From positions 28,428-92,427 of the forward strand of contig CAMJYM010000003.1 in the NCBI GenBank assembly GCA_946220865.1: 64,000 nt of DNA, in the 5' to 3' direction. Positions 55,581-64,000 of the stretch are shown one piece after another. The translations under genes were made by a program, and so were the position numbers. This stretch comes from an uncultured Clostridia bacterium. GTDB taxonomy: Bacteria > Bacillota > Clostridia > Saccharofermentanales > DTU023. The notes beneath the pieces were generated by a model. It did not search any database and had not been told where the DNA came from. It saw only the letters and a program-made list of their open reading frames with translations. Position 1 is the first letter of the stretch; every line of letters begins with the position of its first letter.

Positions 55581-55804
55581 GGACTTCTCTCCTTCTTCCT
55601 GCCTTGTCCCGACTCGTGTGCCGTGACTTATAAAAAGCAGGCACATGCAAAGGCCGGAGACAGTTCAGTCTCTTAAAATATTGCACGAAAACATCGCATA
55701 AAGTCATCTATATTATAGACGGAACGCGCGAAAAAAGAAGAGAAAATCAGATTTTTTCCGACGAAATTCACAAAGTCAATGTGCTGCTGCCGATGGCTCT
55801 CATA

Positions 55805-57427
55805 TCAGCCCTGCGGCTTTTCCCTGTCGCCCTCTTCCTGTTTATTTCCAGCAGGCTCTGAAGCCTGGCTTTCCGTCGCCGGGCTGAAAAGATCGCCGAG
55901 CAGTTCGGCAAAACTTTTGCTTTCATTTGCTTTGTCTTCTTCCGCCTGACTGTCAGCCTTCTCTGTGGACTTTTCCTTTTTGGGGATTTCTGCGGCCAGA
56001 ATGGTAAATTGTAAAGAACTCACATTCTTGTTTTTATCAGATACGAAAGATTGCGCTTTGACGGCCGGCGTCAGCGAATTAAGGTAGTCGCCAAGCTGAT
56101 CGTCGCGAATGGCCGCCATCAACGTTTTCAGGCTGTCAATGCTGCGCCTGAACGTCGTTTTGTTTTCAGAAAGCAGACCCTGAAGCTGACCTACTTTGGC
56201 CAGTGTTTCCTGCAGCTTAGCCAGGTCTGTCTCATCGAGACTGGCCGCAGCGCTAATGCTGGGCGCCAGCTCTCTGAACTTGCCCGCTGTCTGATTGACG
56301 ATCATCATCTTGCTGAAATAAGCATTTCTGAGCAGATCAAGATCCTTTTTCATACTTTCCGCCTGCCCGGCGGGTAAGGTTTCAGCCATTTTAGCCAGGC
56401 GATCCATAGCCTCATTGGCTGCTTTATCTTCGGCATCGAGTTTGCTTTGTTCCAGATTGCGGGAAAACATCTGGAGTTCAAGGGTTCCCGGCAATTTGAG
56501 GTCTTTCATCTGCTGCAGCAGAGGGGCAATTTTGCTTAAATCCTCTCCCATAACTTCGGAGGAGAGATCAAGAAATTGTCCGTATAGCTCTGCCGTTTTC
56601 CGGCTGTCAAAGTTCTTTGCTTCCTGTGGATTTTCACCAGGAGCAAGAACCATGCCGAACATTTTATCGACAGGAAGGTTCAATTCTGAAAGGTCCAGGG
56701 ACATGGGCATAGCCACAATCTGGGGACGGCTCATGGCAAAGTCGTTCACATCGGCCGTAAAGCGAAAACTGCTCTTTTCCCCGGGAAAAGCCAGCGCGGT
56801 AAGCATGGTATTCGCACCGGCAGCCGATTGGATAAAGCCAGGAGCCGATAAGTTTGTCACGCGTTGATTATCCAGAGTCAGATTGACCAGCAGCATGAAT
56901 TGATCCGCTAATTTACCTTTAGCCTGCGGATTGGGTTCCACGGACAGCTCCAGTTCCAGCTTGCCCTGGGCGCCGGAAAGCTCTTCTGCGCTCCGTTCCT
57001 GGCCATCCAGCGTCATGCGGAAATGGAAGTTCCAGGGGAGTTCCTTACGCAGACTTCCCTGGTAGTACCATTCTCCCGGGCCGGCAAGAGCGGTGATTTT
57101 ATCTCCCTCCTGGGTAAGTTCGCTTTCTCCAACCAGTCGTTTAATATCTTCATACGATCCGTAATCACAGATTTCCTGAGCCTGGTCAAGGCGATAGCGA
57201 TTGACCACGATAAGCGGCTGTTTGACCGCTCCGCTTTCATCCAGGAAAGCGTAAATCACTTCCTGTTTAGCCGGGGCTGCTTCCGCCTTTGAACTTTCTT
57301 TCGTTGCAAAAACCTGGGCTGATCCCAGGAGGGGGAGCAGGACAAGCAGCAGAGACAGCATAAAGGGGAGGAATCGCCGGCCTTTTCTTTGCGCGTACAG
57401 AAAACAAAATGAGTGAAACCTTTTCAT
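55805..57427 (-). CDS. Secreted protein of unknown function, encoded directly downstream of the MMPL transporter
   Basis: Signal peptide (FLPFMLSLLLVLLPLLGSAQVFA). A beta-rich N-terminal half, a helical, coiled-coil-like C-terminal half and an acidic tail. I did not recognise a family. Confidence 0.6.
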   Translation of the reverse strand: MKRFHSFCFLYAQRKGRRFLPFMLSLLLVLLPLLGSAQVFATKESSKAEAAPAKQEVIYAFLDESGAVKQPLIVVNRYRLDQAQEICDYGSYEDIKRLVGESELTQEGDKITALAGPGEWYYQGSLRKELPWNFHFRMTLDGQERSAEELSGAQGKLELELSVEPNPQAKGKLADQFMLLVNLTLDNQRVTNLSAPGFIQSAAGANTMLTALAFPGEKSSFRFTADVNDFAMSRPQIVAMPMSLDLSELNLPVDKMFGMVLAPGENPQEAKNFDSRKTAELYGQFLDLSSEVMGEDLSKIAPLLQQMKDLKLPGTLELQMFSRNLEQSKLDAEDKAANEAMDRLAKMAETLPAGQAESMKKDLDLLRNAYFSKMMIVNQTAGKFRELAPSISAAASLDETDLAKLQETLAKVGQLQGLLSENKTTFRRSIDSLKTLMAAIRDDQLGDYLNSLTPAVKAQSFVSDKNKNVSSLQFTILAAEIPKKEKSTEKADSQAEEDKANESKSFAELLGDLFSPATESQASEPAGNKQEEGDREKPQG

Positions 57428-57577
57428 GAAAAATGACCTTTCTGATAACTGTGATCAGATAGAACCAGTGTTGGAACTTCGGCTTAAACCAGCGCAGAAA
57501 CTGCTGCTGGATTTACAGAGACAGCAGGTACAGCTCTGGATCTGTAAATAAAATCTATCATATAAAAAATAAAAAAC

Positions 57578-59680
57578 TCAATCCTGCCTGGTGGGTCGCT
57601 CACATTTTCTCAGCCTAAAGGATGATGGCAGGTAGGTTCTGCGAATCAGCGGATCCAGATAGCGCAGGAAAGACGGCAGCAGAAAAATAACGGTTGCCAG
57701 GGAAAGCAGCGCTCCCTGTCCCAGCACCCGCCCCAGTCCGCTGACGACAGGAATTGTAGAAAAGTGAGCCAGAATGAAGCCCATGGCCGAGAGAATGAAG
57801 GCTGGCGGCGTAATCGCCGGCAAGGCCATGCTCACCGCCTCAACGGCTGCTTCCCTGGGATTCAGTCTCCTGCGAAACTCCTGATAATATTGGGCAGACA
57901 GGATGGCATAGTCGACGGTTGCCCCGAGCTGAATTGTCGAAATGACCAGATAGCCGATATAACTAAGCGATTCCTGCCGGAAATAAGGGATAGCCAGATT
58001 ACACCAGATGGCATATTCAATGCAGAAAATCAGGATGAAAGGCAAAGAAAACGAGCGGAAGGAAAAGAAAAGAACCAGGCCGATGGAAAGCAGAGCCAGG
58101 CCATTAACAATCACATCATCCGCCTGAATGGTGTCGCGCATATCAAGGAGAGAGAAAGGAGCTCCGGCCCAACGGGCTTCACCATCGTAGTATTTTGTGC
58201 TGAGGGCACGAAGCTCTTCTGCTGCCTGGAAGGTCTGAGGTCCTTCTTCCGGCAGAGCAGCGCGCACGATAAAACGACTGAGCTGCCCAGACTTAAGCTG
58301 GTTCAGCGCCTCTTTAGGTACTGCTTCTTCGGGAATCTGATAGCCGACCATGCCATCATAGCTGATCACAGATTTCACATACGGCAGTTTTTCCAGATCC
58401 TGATGCAAAAGCTGTTCAGAAGCAGCATCGCCCTGGGGAACCAGCAAAATCAAGTCCTGCATTTCACCAAAGTGTTCATTGATGATGCGGCGGTCCTCAT
58501 ACTCCTTGGATCCTTTAGGAAAACTTCCCATGCCATAGAGGAAATGGTTCGCATTTTTAGCTTTAATCAGCGGCAGTACCGTGATGAGCACAACAATCAT
58601 GAGCAGAGGGCCAAGCTTGACGGCAAAGCGCGCAAAAGAGCGAAGCGCTTCCACACGGGGCAGAAAAGAACGATGCGTCAGACGGTCAACCCACTTCAAG
58701 GAGAATAAGGTCAGTGAAGGGAGAAGAAAGAGCACCGAAAGCAAACTGAAGAGTATGCCTTTGGCAAGGACGATTCCTAAGTCCGGTCCGATGCGGAACT
58801 GCATGAAAACAAGAACGATAAAACCAAAAACCGTAGTCAGCGCCGAAGCTGTCACCGCTGAAAAGGACTTCGCTATGGCTTTGGCCATGGCATCTTCAAC
58901 CCCATCCCCTTCCCTGCGGAAACGTCCGAAATGATTCAGAAGAAAGATGGAATAATCCATGGAGACGGCCAGTTGCAAAATGGCTCCAACCGACTGGGTG
59001 ATGAAAGAAACAGAACCAAGAAAGATGTTAGTTCCAAGATTCAGCGGTATCGCCGCAAAAATCGTGAGCATGAAAAGAATCGGTTCGAACCATGATGAGG
59101 TGACCAGAAAAAGAATAGCAAAGGTCATCGGCACGGCAATCATGAAAACATGACTTACTTCACTGGACGCTGAAACAGCCGCCCGGGCAATACCCACGGC
59201 CTCGCCGCGCAGACGCACGGGTTTGGCAAGACTTTGATCAAGATTCCGGCGAATACGCTCAAGACTGTGTCGAAAATCTTTGCCTCCGAGAGCTACGACA
59301 AGTCTTGCCGTACCATTGTTATAAAAATTCTCAAGATAATCAGGGGAAAGTAGTTCCAGAGGCTGCGTCACATCAGCCACATCATCCAGCCACTGCACGC
59401 TGACGACATCGGGATCTGCGGCAATGAGCTTTTTGGCCGTAAGAACATCTGCCAGGTCACAGTCCTCAAGAATGATATCAAGATTGGGCAGAGCATCCCC
59501 GAAAAGGTCCTTAACCTCTTTCAGTGCCCGGGTTGATTCCGTGTTCTCAGGCAGATAGGTGCTTAAATCATAATTTACAGGAACTTTTAGAGCTAAAAAA
59601 GAGCCCAGCACAATGGCGATCACGAAAGTGATCAAGATCAATTTTCGATGGCGCAAGATGCCACGAGCGAAATCCAGCAT
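57578..59680 (-). CDS. MMPL/RND-superfamily transporter
   Basis: 700 aa with a two-fold repeat of TM bundle plus extracytoplasmic loop, typical of MMPL proteins. Confidence 0.8.
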   Translation of the reverse strand: MLDFARGILRHRKLILITFVIAIVLGSFLALKVPVNYDLSTYLPENTESTRALKEVKDLFGDALPNLDIILEDCDLADVLTAKKLIAADPDVVSVQWLDDVADVTQPLELLSPDYLENFYNNGTARLVVALGGKDFRHSLERIRRNLDQSLAKPVRLRGEAVGIARAAVSASSEVSHVFMIAVPMTFAILFLVTSSWFEPILFMLTIFAAIPLNLGTNIFLGSVSFITQSVGAILQLAVSMDYSIFLLNHFGRFRREGDGVEDAMAKAIAKSFSAVTASALTTVFGFIVLVFMQFRIGPDLGIVLAKGILFSLLSVLFLLPSLTLFSLKWVDRLTHRSFLPRVEALRSFARFAVKLGPLLMIVVLITVLPLIKAKNANHFLYGMGSFPKGSKEYEDRRIINEHFGEMQDLILLVPQGDAASEQLLHQDLEKLPYVKSVISYDGMVGYQIPEEAVPKEALNQLKSGQLSRFIVRAALPEEGPQTFQAAEELRALSTKYYDGEARWAGAPFSLLDMRDTIQADDVIVNGLALLSIGLVLFFSFRSFSLPFILIFCIEYAIWCNLAIPYFRQESLSYIGYLVISTIQLGATVDYAILSAQYYQEFRRRLNPREAAVEAVSMALPAITPPAFILSAMGFILAHFSTIPVVSGLGRVLGQGALLSLATVIFLLPSFLRYLDPLIRRTYLPSSFRLRKCERPTRQD

Positions 59681-59756
59681 AATACCTCCGCCGACAGAAA
59701 AGACACTCCAGACAATCAGCTTATTTTATCACAGCTTCCCCAGGCTTGATGAAGGG

Positions 59757-60602
59757 TCATGAAAAAGGAGCCGGGGACTTCGCCGAGGAAGCGATGCGGG
59801 CGTGAAGCTGCTCCTGCCATTCATAAAGAGAAATACTCACAGCTTCTGCGAGATTCAATGAATCGACCTCCGGACTCTGAGGAATCATGAGACAGGCATC
59901 AGCAAACTCACGGTAGTAAGAAGGTAGTCCACTGCCCTCATTGCCAAAAGCCAGGCATAACTCAGTTAGCTCTGCCGTACTCCGTCGGCCCAGCCAGCTG
60001 CGCGGACTTTCTGCAGTTTTATCGAGCATAAGGGCCGCCAGGAGCAGCTCTGAATTTCTTTCCCGCCAGGCTTCAAGAGAAGCATAAAACTGTGGCCTCA
60101 GGGCGAAAATCGCTCCCATGGAAGCACGGACCACGCGTGGATCCCAAAGGTCACAGCATTGCCCCAATAAATTGAGGCTAGGACAATCAAAGGCCAGGAG
60201 ACTTCTCAGAATCGTCCCCAAATTACCCATGTCGTCAATGTTTTGAAGTATGACCTGACGTCCTGATGTGTTCTTCTCTTTAGTCAGAGTATTTTGGGAT
60301 TTTCTCGCTGTGTTTAAGGACAGTGCTTTGCCCTTTTCCGATGATGGAAGCTCTTTCATGAAAACAGCCATCATATAAGTATTTGCTCTCTGAGAGAGCT
60401 TCTCTATCAAGCGTGGAGCATAGATAAGGGGCAGAGCTTTTTCAGCCGCCAGCGCCTCAACCTTCTCTTTTTCTTTGAATTTATCGGAAAGCAGAAGCGC
60501 CAGCACACGTTCCGGCGCTTCTTCCAGGAGGCGAAAGGAAGGGTATGGGCCAAAACAATAAGAATAAGGCAGTTCCTTGCGATATTTTTCCCATTTTTCC
60601 AT
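59757..60602 (-). CDS. SpoU/TrmH-family RNA 2'-O-methyltransferase
   Basis: SPOUT motifs NIDDMGNLGTILRS, LAFGNEGSGLP and VDSLNLAEAVSISLYEW. Carries a hydrophilic insertion of about 30 aa. Confidence 0.8.
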   Translation of the reverse strand: MEKWEKYRKELPYSYCFGPYPSFRLLEEAPERVLALLLSDKFKEKEKVEALAAEKALPLIYAPRLIEKLSQRANTYMMAVFMKELPSSEKGKALSLNTARKSQNTLTKEKNTSGRQVILQNIDDMGNLGTILRSLLAFDCPSLNLLGQCCDLWDPRVVRASMGAIFALRPQFYASLEAWRERNSELLLAALMLDKTAESPRSWLGRRSTAELTELCLAFGNEGSGLPSYYREFADACLMIPQSPEVDSLNLAEAVSISLYEWQEQLHARIASSAKSPAPFS

Positions 60603-60643
60603 GCTGTGCCCTTCCCTTTAAATGTATGTCCCCACAGGTCTTT

Positions 60644-61714
60644 TCAACGATTGCCGCACTGCCTTTCGGCCAGATATTTAGGCGTCAGCCAGGGTCTTGA
60701 ACTCGCTGGAGCCAGTTTCTGCGCCAGTTTAAAATCACCTGCTTTCAGAGCAGCGCGGATACGTCCTGCGGAAATAGGCTGTCCTTCCTCATCGACACTG
60801 CGCTGCACAATCTCACAGTTGATTCCTGCAGGTGGAAGCAAACGCTGAAGCTGGGCATTATATTGCCGTGTCAGCTCCGAAAAAGGCTCTGAACCTAAGA
60901 CCCGGCTCGTTAGATTCAGGCGTCTGGCCAGACGGATAAAAATTTTGGCGTCTAACTCTGCCTGGAGGGCCGTAGCTTCATCCTTGCTTTTGAGAAAATA
61001 GCTTGGAAAAGTCGAAGAAGAGATCAGGTAATCTCCTGTTTCATGCAGGCAGAGCCGGGGAATATCCCGAACTGCCGCCAGAAGCATGTCTTTTCGCTCG
61101 CGCGTGGTAAAGAAAGAGCGATCTTCGGACAACAGAAAAAGATGGGTTAAATCAAAACGGGCCACCGTCTCCTGAATGAGTCGCAGATGCCCTCTGCTTA
61201 TGGGGTTCAGATTCATGACCAGAGCCGCCTGCCTGAGGCCCTTCTGCTTCAACCCGGCTTGCGTCCACTGCAAGGCACAGGCCTCCGCCTCTTCTTCCTG
61301 CCTGGCCAGATAACGCTCAAAAGCGCCAGCCTTATTCTCCATAAAAAGCATGCGGTCAGAGGCGCTTTCAATGAGGAAGAAGCCAAAATTTCTGTAGAGC
61401 TCAAGGTATTCGGCTTTACCCCAGAGGAACACATGAAAGATGCCATGCTCAGCCAGACGCGAGATGAGAGCTGAAACCAACTGATTCATCAGACCTTCTC
61501 CGCGAAGATCTGCACGGCAGACCAGACTGCGCAGAGACTTTCCGCAGATCCCCCCTGCAGCCACAAGTTCAGCCTGTGCATTGCGCAGGGACAGAATCTC
61601 CTCCAGACCAGCATCGCGCCTGATGCCTGAGGCCTCACAGAGCGCATCATATTCCCTCAAGGCTCGCTGGTCGTGGGCAAAAACAGGGGCAAGAGTGTAA
61701 GCTTCCATAGCCAT
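60644..61714 (-). CDS. citC: [Citrate (pro-3S)-lyase] ligase-type acetate:SH-ACP ligase
   Basis: GNAT-like N-terminus plus the cytidylyltransferase-fold motif NLNPISRGHLRLIQ and YLISSSTFPSYFLK, as in CitC. Confidence 0.8.
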   Translation of the reverse strand: MAMEAYTLAPVFAHDQRALREYDALCEASGIRRDAGLEEILSLRNAQAELVAAGGICGKSLRSLVCRADLRGEGLMNQLVSALISRLAEHGIFHVFLWGKAEYLELYRNFGFFLIESASDRMLFMENKAGAFERYLARQEEEAEACALQWTQAGLKQKGLRQAALVMNLNPISRGHLRLIQETVARFDLTHLFLLSEDRSFFTTRERKDMLLAAVRDIPRLCLHETGDYLISSSTFPSYFLKSKDEATALQAELDAKIFIRLARRLNLTSRVLGSEPFSELTRQYNAQLQRLLPPAGINCEIVQRSVDEEGQPISAGRIRAALKAGDFKLAQKLAPASSRPWLTPKYLAERQCGNR

Positions 61715-62997
61715 CAGGGCTTTTTATCCTGCTGCGAAGTCGTTACCGAATTTTTCGTAGGGCTTTTCCTGCTGGAGGCAGAGCTTTCCGACGTCTGCGT
61801 AAGACCCTGAGCCTCAGCCAGTTCTGCTTCGCGTTTGGCATCTTCCTCTTCAAGTTCTTCACTTGGCCTGAAACCCTCCGGCAGTTCAAAGAGACTGTCA
61901 TCGCTGCGGTTCGACGCTTCGAAAATCTCAAAGGTCTCCAACACTTTTCCATCTTTGAAACTGCGGTGTCCCACAACCGCGTCCCCGATAAAGTAATAGC
62001 GAATATACGTAATGCCGTCTTCAGTGAACTCTTCAAAGGTCACATTACGTCCCATAAAAACAGCATTACCCTGGCCTGTGAGAATCAGGCGGTCGCCGTT
62101 TTCAGCTATTTTAGAGAAAGCCTCCATGCTGAGTTCTTCGTTATATTCCGTACCCGGGAGGATATCATAGCTGCCGCCGAGAAGATCCATTTGATAATAA
62201 AAGCTGGCCTCGGTCTGAAGAATACCCAGGACTGAGCGCTCCGTAGAAAGACGCATATAACTCTTCTTGCCGCTGAGAGCGATCAACACTTCCTGGATCA
62301 GCTCGTCACCCTTTGAGAAATCACCGGGATGCCTTGCGTAATGATAGTAAACCGGATCAGTCGAAAGGGTTTTAAAGAAACGCTCGACCTTTCGTCCGGC
62401 AATGCCCCGCAGCGAATTTTCCTTGGGGTAAGAGAGGGGAACGGGGGGTTCTTCATTGTTATTTTCATCACCGGTACGGAGGTATTTAGGCATGGAATCG
62501 CGCAGGGACTCTAATTCCCTGGGGCTAAAAGGTGCAAAACCCGCACTAATCCTCAGCTCATTCATCTCTTCAGCAATATCTTTTTTACCACTTGCCGCAG
62601 ACGCAGAAGATTCAGGTTCCCCAGGAAGCGGCTCTGTCTTTACTTCAGACTGTGTCGGCATTTCCCCGCTGTTTTCCGGTAAAAGATCTGAGGATACTGG
62701 CAAAAGCGGAGACGATCCAGGAGAAAGCACTTCTGCTTCATCTCCTTTGGCGCTGTCCGAAGCTCCTGCCTGCGTTCCCTGAGCCTGGTCCGGCGCAAAA
62801 TTAAAGGGATTCGTGCCCGATTCTTCCCGGGGCTGAAAGCTGCTGCATGCCGTCAGCGAAAAGAGGACAGACAGAAGCAAGAGGAACGATAGTCCCGGGC
62901 GAAGCCTGCCCATCCTGTTTGAGCTGCCTTGAAAAAATTCTGCAATAGATTTTACAGAAGACTTCTCTAAAGATAAATTTTTAATCAACTTAATCAT
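61714..62997 (-). CDS. Lipoprotein of unknown function
   Basis: Lipobox LFSLTAC, reached from the internal ATG at 62913. A disordered acidic linker is followed by a beta-rich C-terminal domain. Its stop overlaps the citC start. Confidence 0.65.
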   Translation of the reverse strand: MIKLIKNLSLEKSSVKSIAEFFQGSSNRMGRLRPGLSFLLLLSVLFSLTACSSFQPREESGTNPFNFAPDQAQGTQAGASDSAKGDEAEVLSPGSSPLLPVSSDLLPENSGEMPTQSEVKTEPLPGEPESSASAASGKKDIAEEMNELRISAGFAPFSPRELESLRDSMPKYLRTGDENNNEEPPVPLSYPKENSLRGIAGRKVERFFKTLSTDPVYYHYARHPGDFSKGDELIQEVLIALSGKKSYMRLSTERSVLGILQTEASFYYQMDLLGGSYDILPGTEYNEELSMEAFSKIAENGDRLILTGQGNAVFMGRNVTFEEFTEDGITYIRYYFIGDAVVGHRSFKDGKVLETFEIFEASNRSDDSLFELPEGFRPSEELEEEDAKREAELAEAQGLTQTSESSASSRKSPTKNSVTTSQQDKKP

Positions 62998-63014
62998 ATC
63001 TTCGACATTATACT

Positions 63015-64000
63015 CTATTCATCGCTTTGGTGATGCAGGGGGCGGTAGGCAGGAATTTCCTCAGTCGAATGGCGAACAGCAGCCTGGATTTCAGGCACCT
63101 GGTAAGGAGCCTGACGTTCGAGGTTTTCAAGGATATCGCCAAAGAGTTTCATGGCGAGTAAATCCTTTTCCTTTTCCGAATGAAAAAGGGTCAGACTCAT
63201 GACATAAGCGGGATGATCGGCGTTATAGCCGATAAACCAGCTGTCAATCCCCATCTCGCCTTTTTCATCCAGACCGAGCTCGGCCGTTCCGGATTTGCCC
63301 GCGATGCGAAAATTCTCTTTTTTCAGCTGTTTTGTGTAATTTTCTTCGACCACTCTTTCCATGGCTTTTTTGAGAACCTCACAGGACTCCGGGGAAAGCA
63401 GAACTCGCTTACAATCGCTCTCATTAGAAATAAGCAGCCGGGGATCCATAAGTTTTCCCTGATTCAGTACAGCCGCATAAATCGAAGTGAGCTGCAGCGG
63501 TGAGAGGAGAATTTCACCCTGTCCGTAACCGCTGTCGGCCAGTAAAACGCTTTGCTTTTCCCCGATTTCTCCCGCATTGGCAATCTGTGAAGGACGGAAA
63601 GGATAATCCCGACAGGGATTGTCTCCGATGCCCAGTGCTCTCATGCCACGGTTAAAGGAAGAAGCCCCAAGTTTACAGGCCAGACGGGCAAAGAAAATAT
63701 TATCCGAATAGGTGATCGCATCCGCCAGACTGAAATTCTGATCCAGTTCACGATAGCGCGTCACGGCGTAATCGCCCCAGGAATCGTCAAGCTGCCAGGT
63801 TTTTCCCTGAATAAACAGCTCTTCTTCGGGAGTGATGAGGCCCTGAGATAAAGCGATAATAGAAGTCAGAATTTTTTGTGTCGAACCAGGCGTATAGCTC
63901 AGAGCATACTTGCCCTGCAGGACCTGCCGCGGATCGTTCAACAGGGCTGTATAAGCATCATTGCTGATGCCGAGAACAAAATCCATGGCTTTATAAGAAG
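63015..64000 (-). CDS. Penicillin-binding protein, transpeptidase domain (N-terminus lies beyond the window end)
   Basis: SxxK (STQK), SxN (YSDN) and KSG (KSGTAE) motifs. The frame stays open upstream of the listed ATG through position 64000. Confidence 0.8.
   Translation of the reverse strand, partial: SYKAMDFVLGISNDAYTALLNDPRQVLQGKYALSYTPGSTQKILTSIIALSQGLITPEEELFIQGKTWQLDDSWGDYAVTRYRELDQNFSLADAITYSDNIFFARLACKLGASSFNRGMRALGIGDNPCRDYPFRPSQIANAGEIGEKQSVLLADSGYGQGEILLSPLQLTSIYAAVLNQGKLMDPRLLISNESDCKRVLLSPESCEVLKKAMERVVEENYTKQLKKENFRIAGKSGTAELGLDEKGEMGIDSWFIGYNADHPAYVMSLTLFHSEKEKDLLAMKLFGDILENLERQAPYQVPEIQAAVRHSTEEIPAYRPLHHQSDE

Overview
No tools or database searches were used. Every call rests on reading the supplied translations and the DNA directly.

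This is a 64-kb chromosomal segment of a Firmicutes/Clostridia-type, amino-acid-fermenting anaerobe. About 50 of roughly 59 genes lie on the minus strand. I found no rRNA, tRNA, CRISPR array or intact mobile element.

**Gene content, left to right:**
- bcd-etfB
- a small low-GC accessory islet at about 1.3-4.6 kb, holding a RelBE toxin-antitoxin pair, an iteron-like repeat array, a 2x[4Fe-4S] ferredoxin and an LPXTG surface protein with a C12 tract
- a DUF368 membrane protein
- a fused DUF1538 membrane protein followed by three PII-like domains
- an FMN riboswitch and ribU
- nnr, trxA, tadA, plsC, an acyl-CoA ligase, a DEAD-box helicase and murJ
- a glutamate-fermentation (methylaspartate pathway) cluster: two-subunit class-I fumarase-type hydratase (probable mesaconase), GntR regulator, glmS-glmL-glmE, mal, an unknown P-loop protein and citXG
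- htrA
- hprK-murB-rapZ-whiA plus two unknown genes
- ppk2
- metNIQ, with a GC-rich insert between metI and metQ
- a T-box leader and thrS
- a cdaA-cdaR fusion, glmM and a degenerate amidase-like protein
- a ptb-iorAB-aminotransferase operon
- an MMPL transporter with a secreted partner
- trmH-like, citC, a lipoprotein and a partial PBP

**Candidates for undescribed biology, most interesting first:**
1. A P-loop protein with AlaX/tRNA-editing-like motifs sits inside the methylaspartate operon.
2. The DUF1538 operon carries a 2+1 arrangement of PII-like domains.
3. The repeat array next to relBE is iteron-like and has a DnaA-box-like core.
4. The C12 tract in the LPXTG gene could act as a phase-variation switch.
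5. The c-di-AMP operon is remodelled, with a CdaA-YbbR fusion and a pseudo-amidase.
6. A structured GC-rich insert splits metI from metQ.
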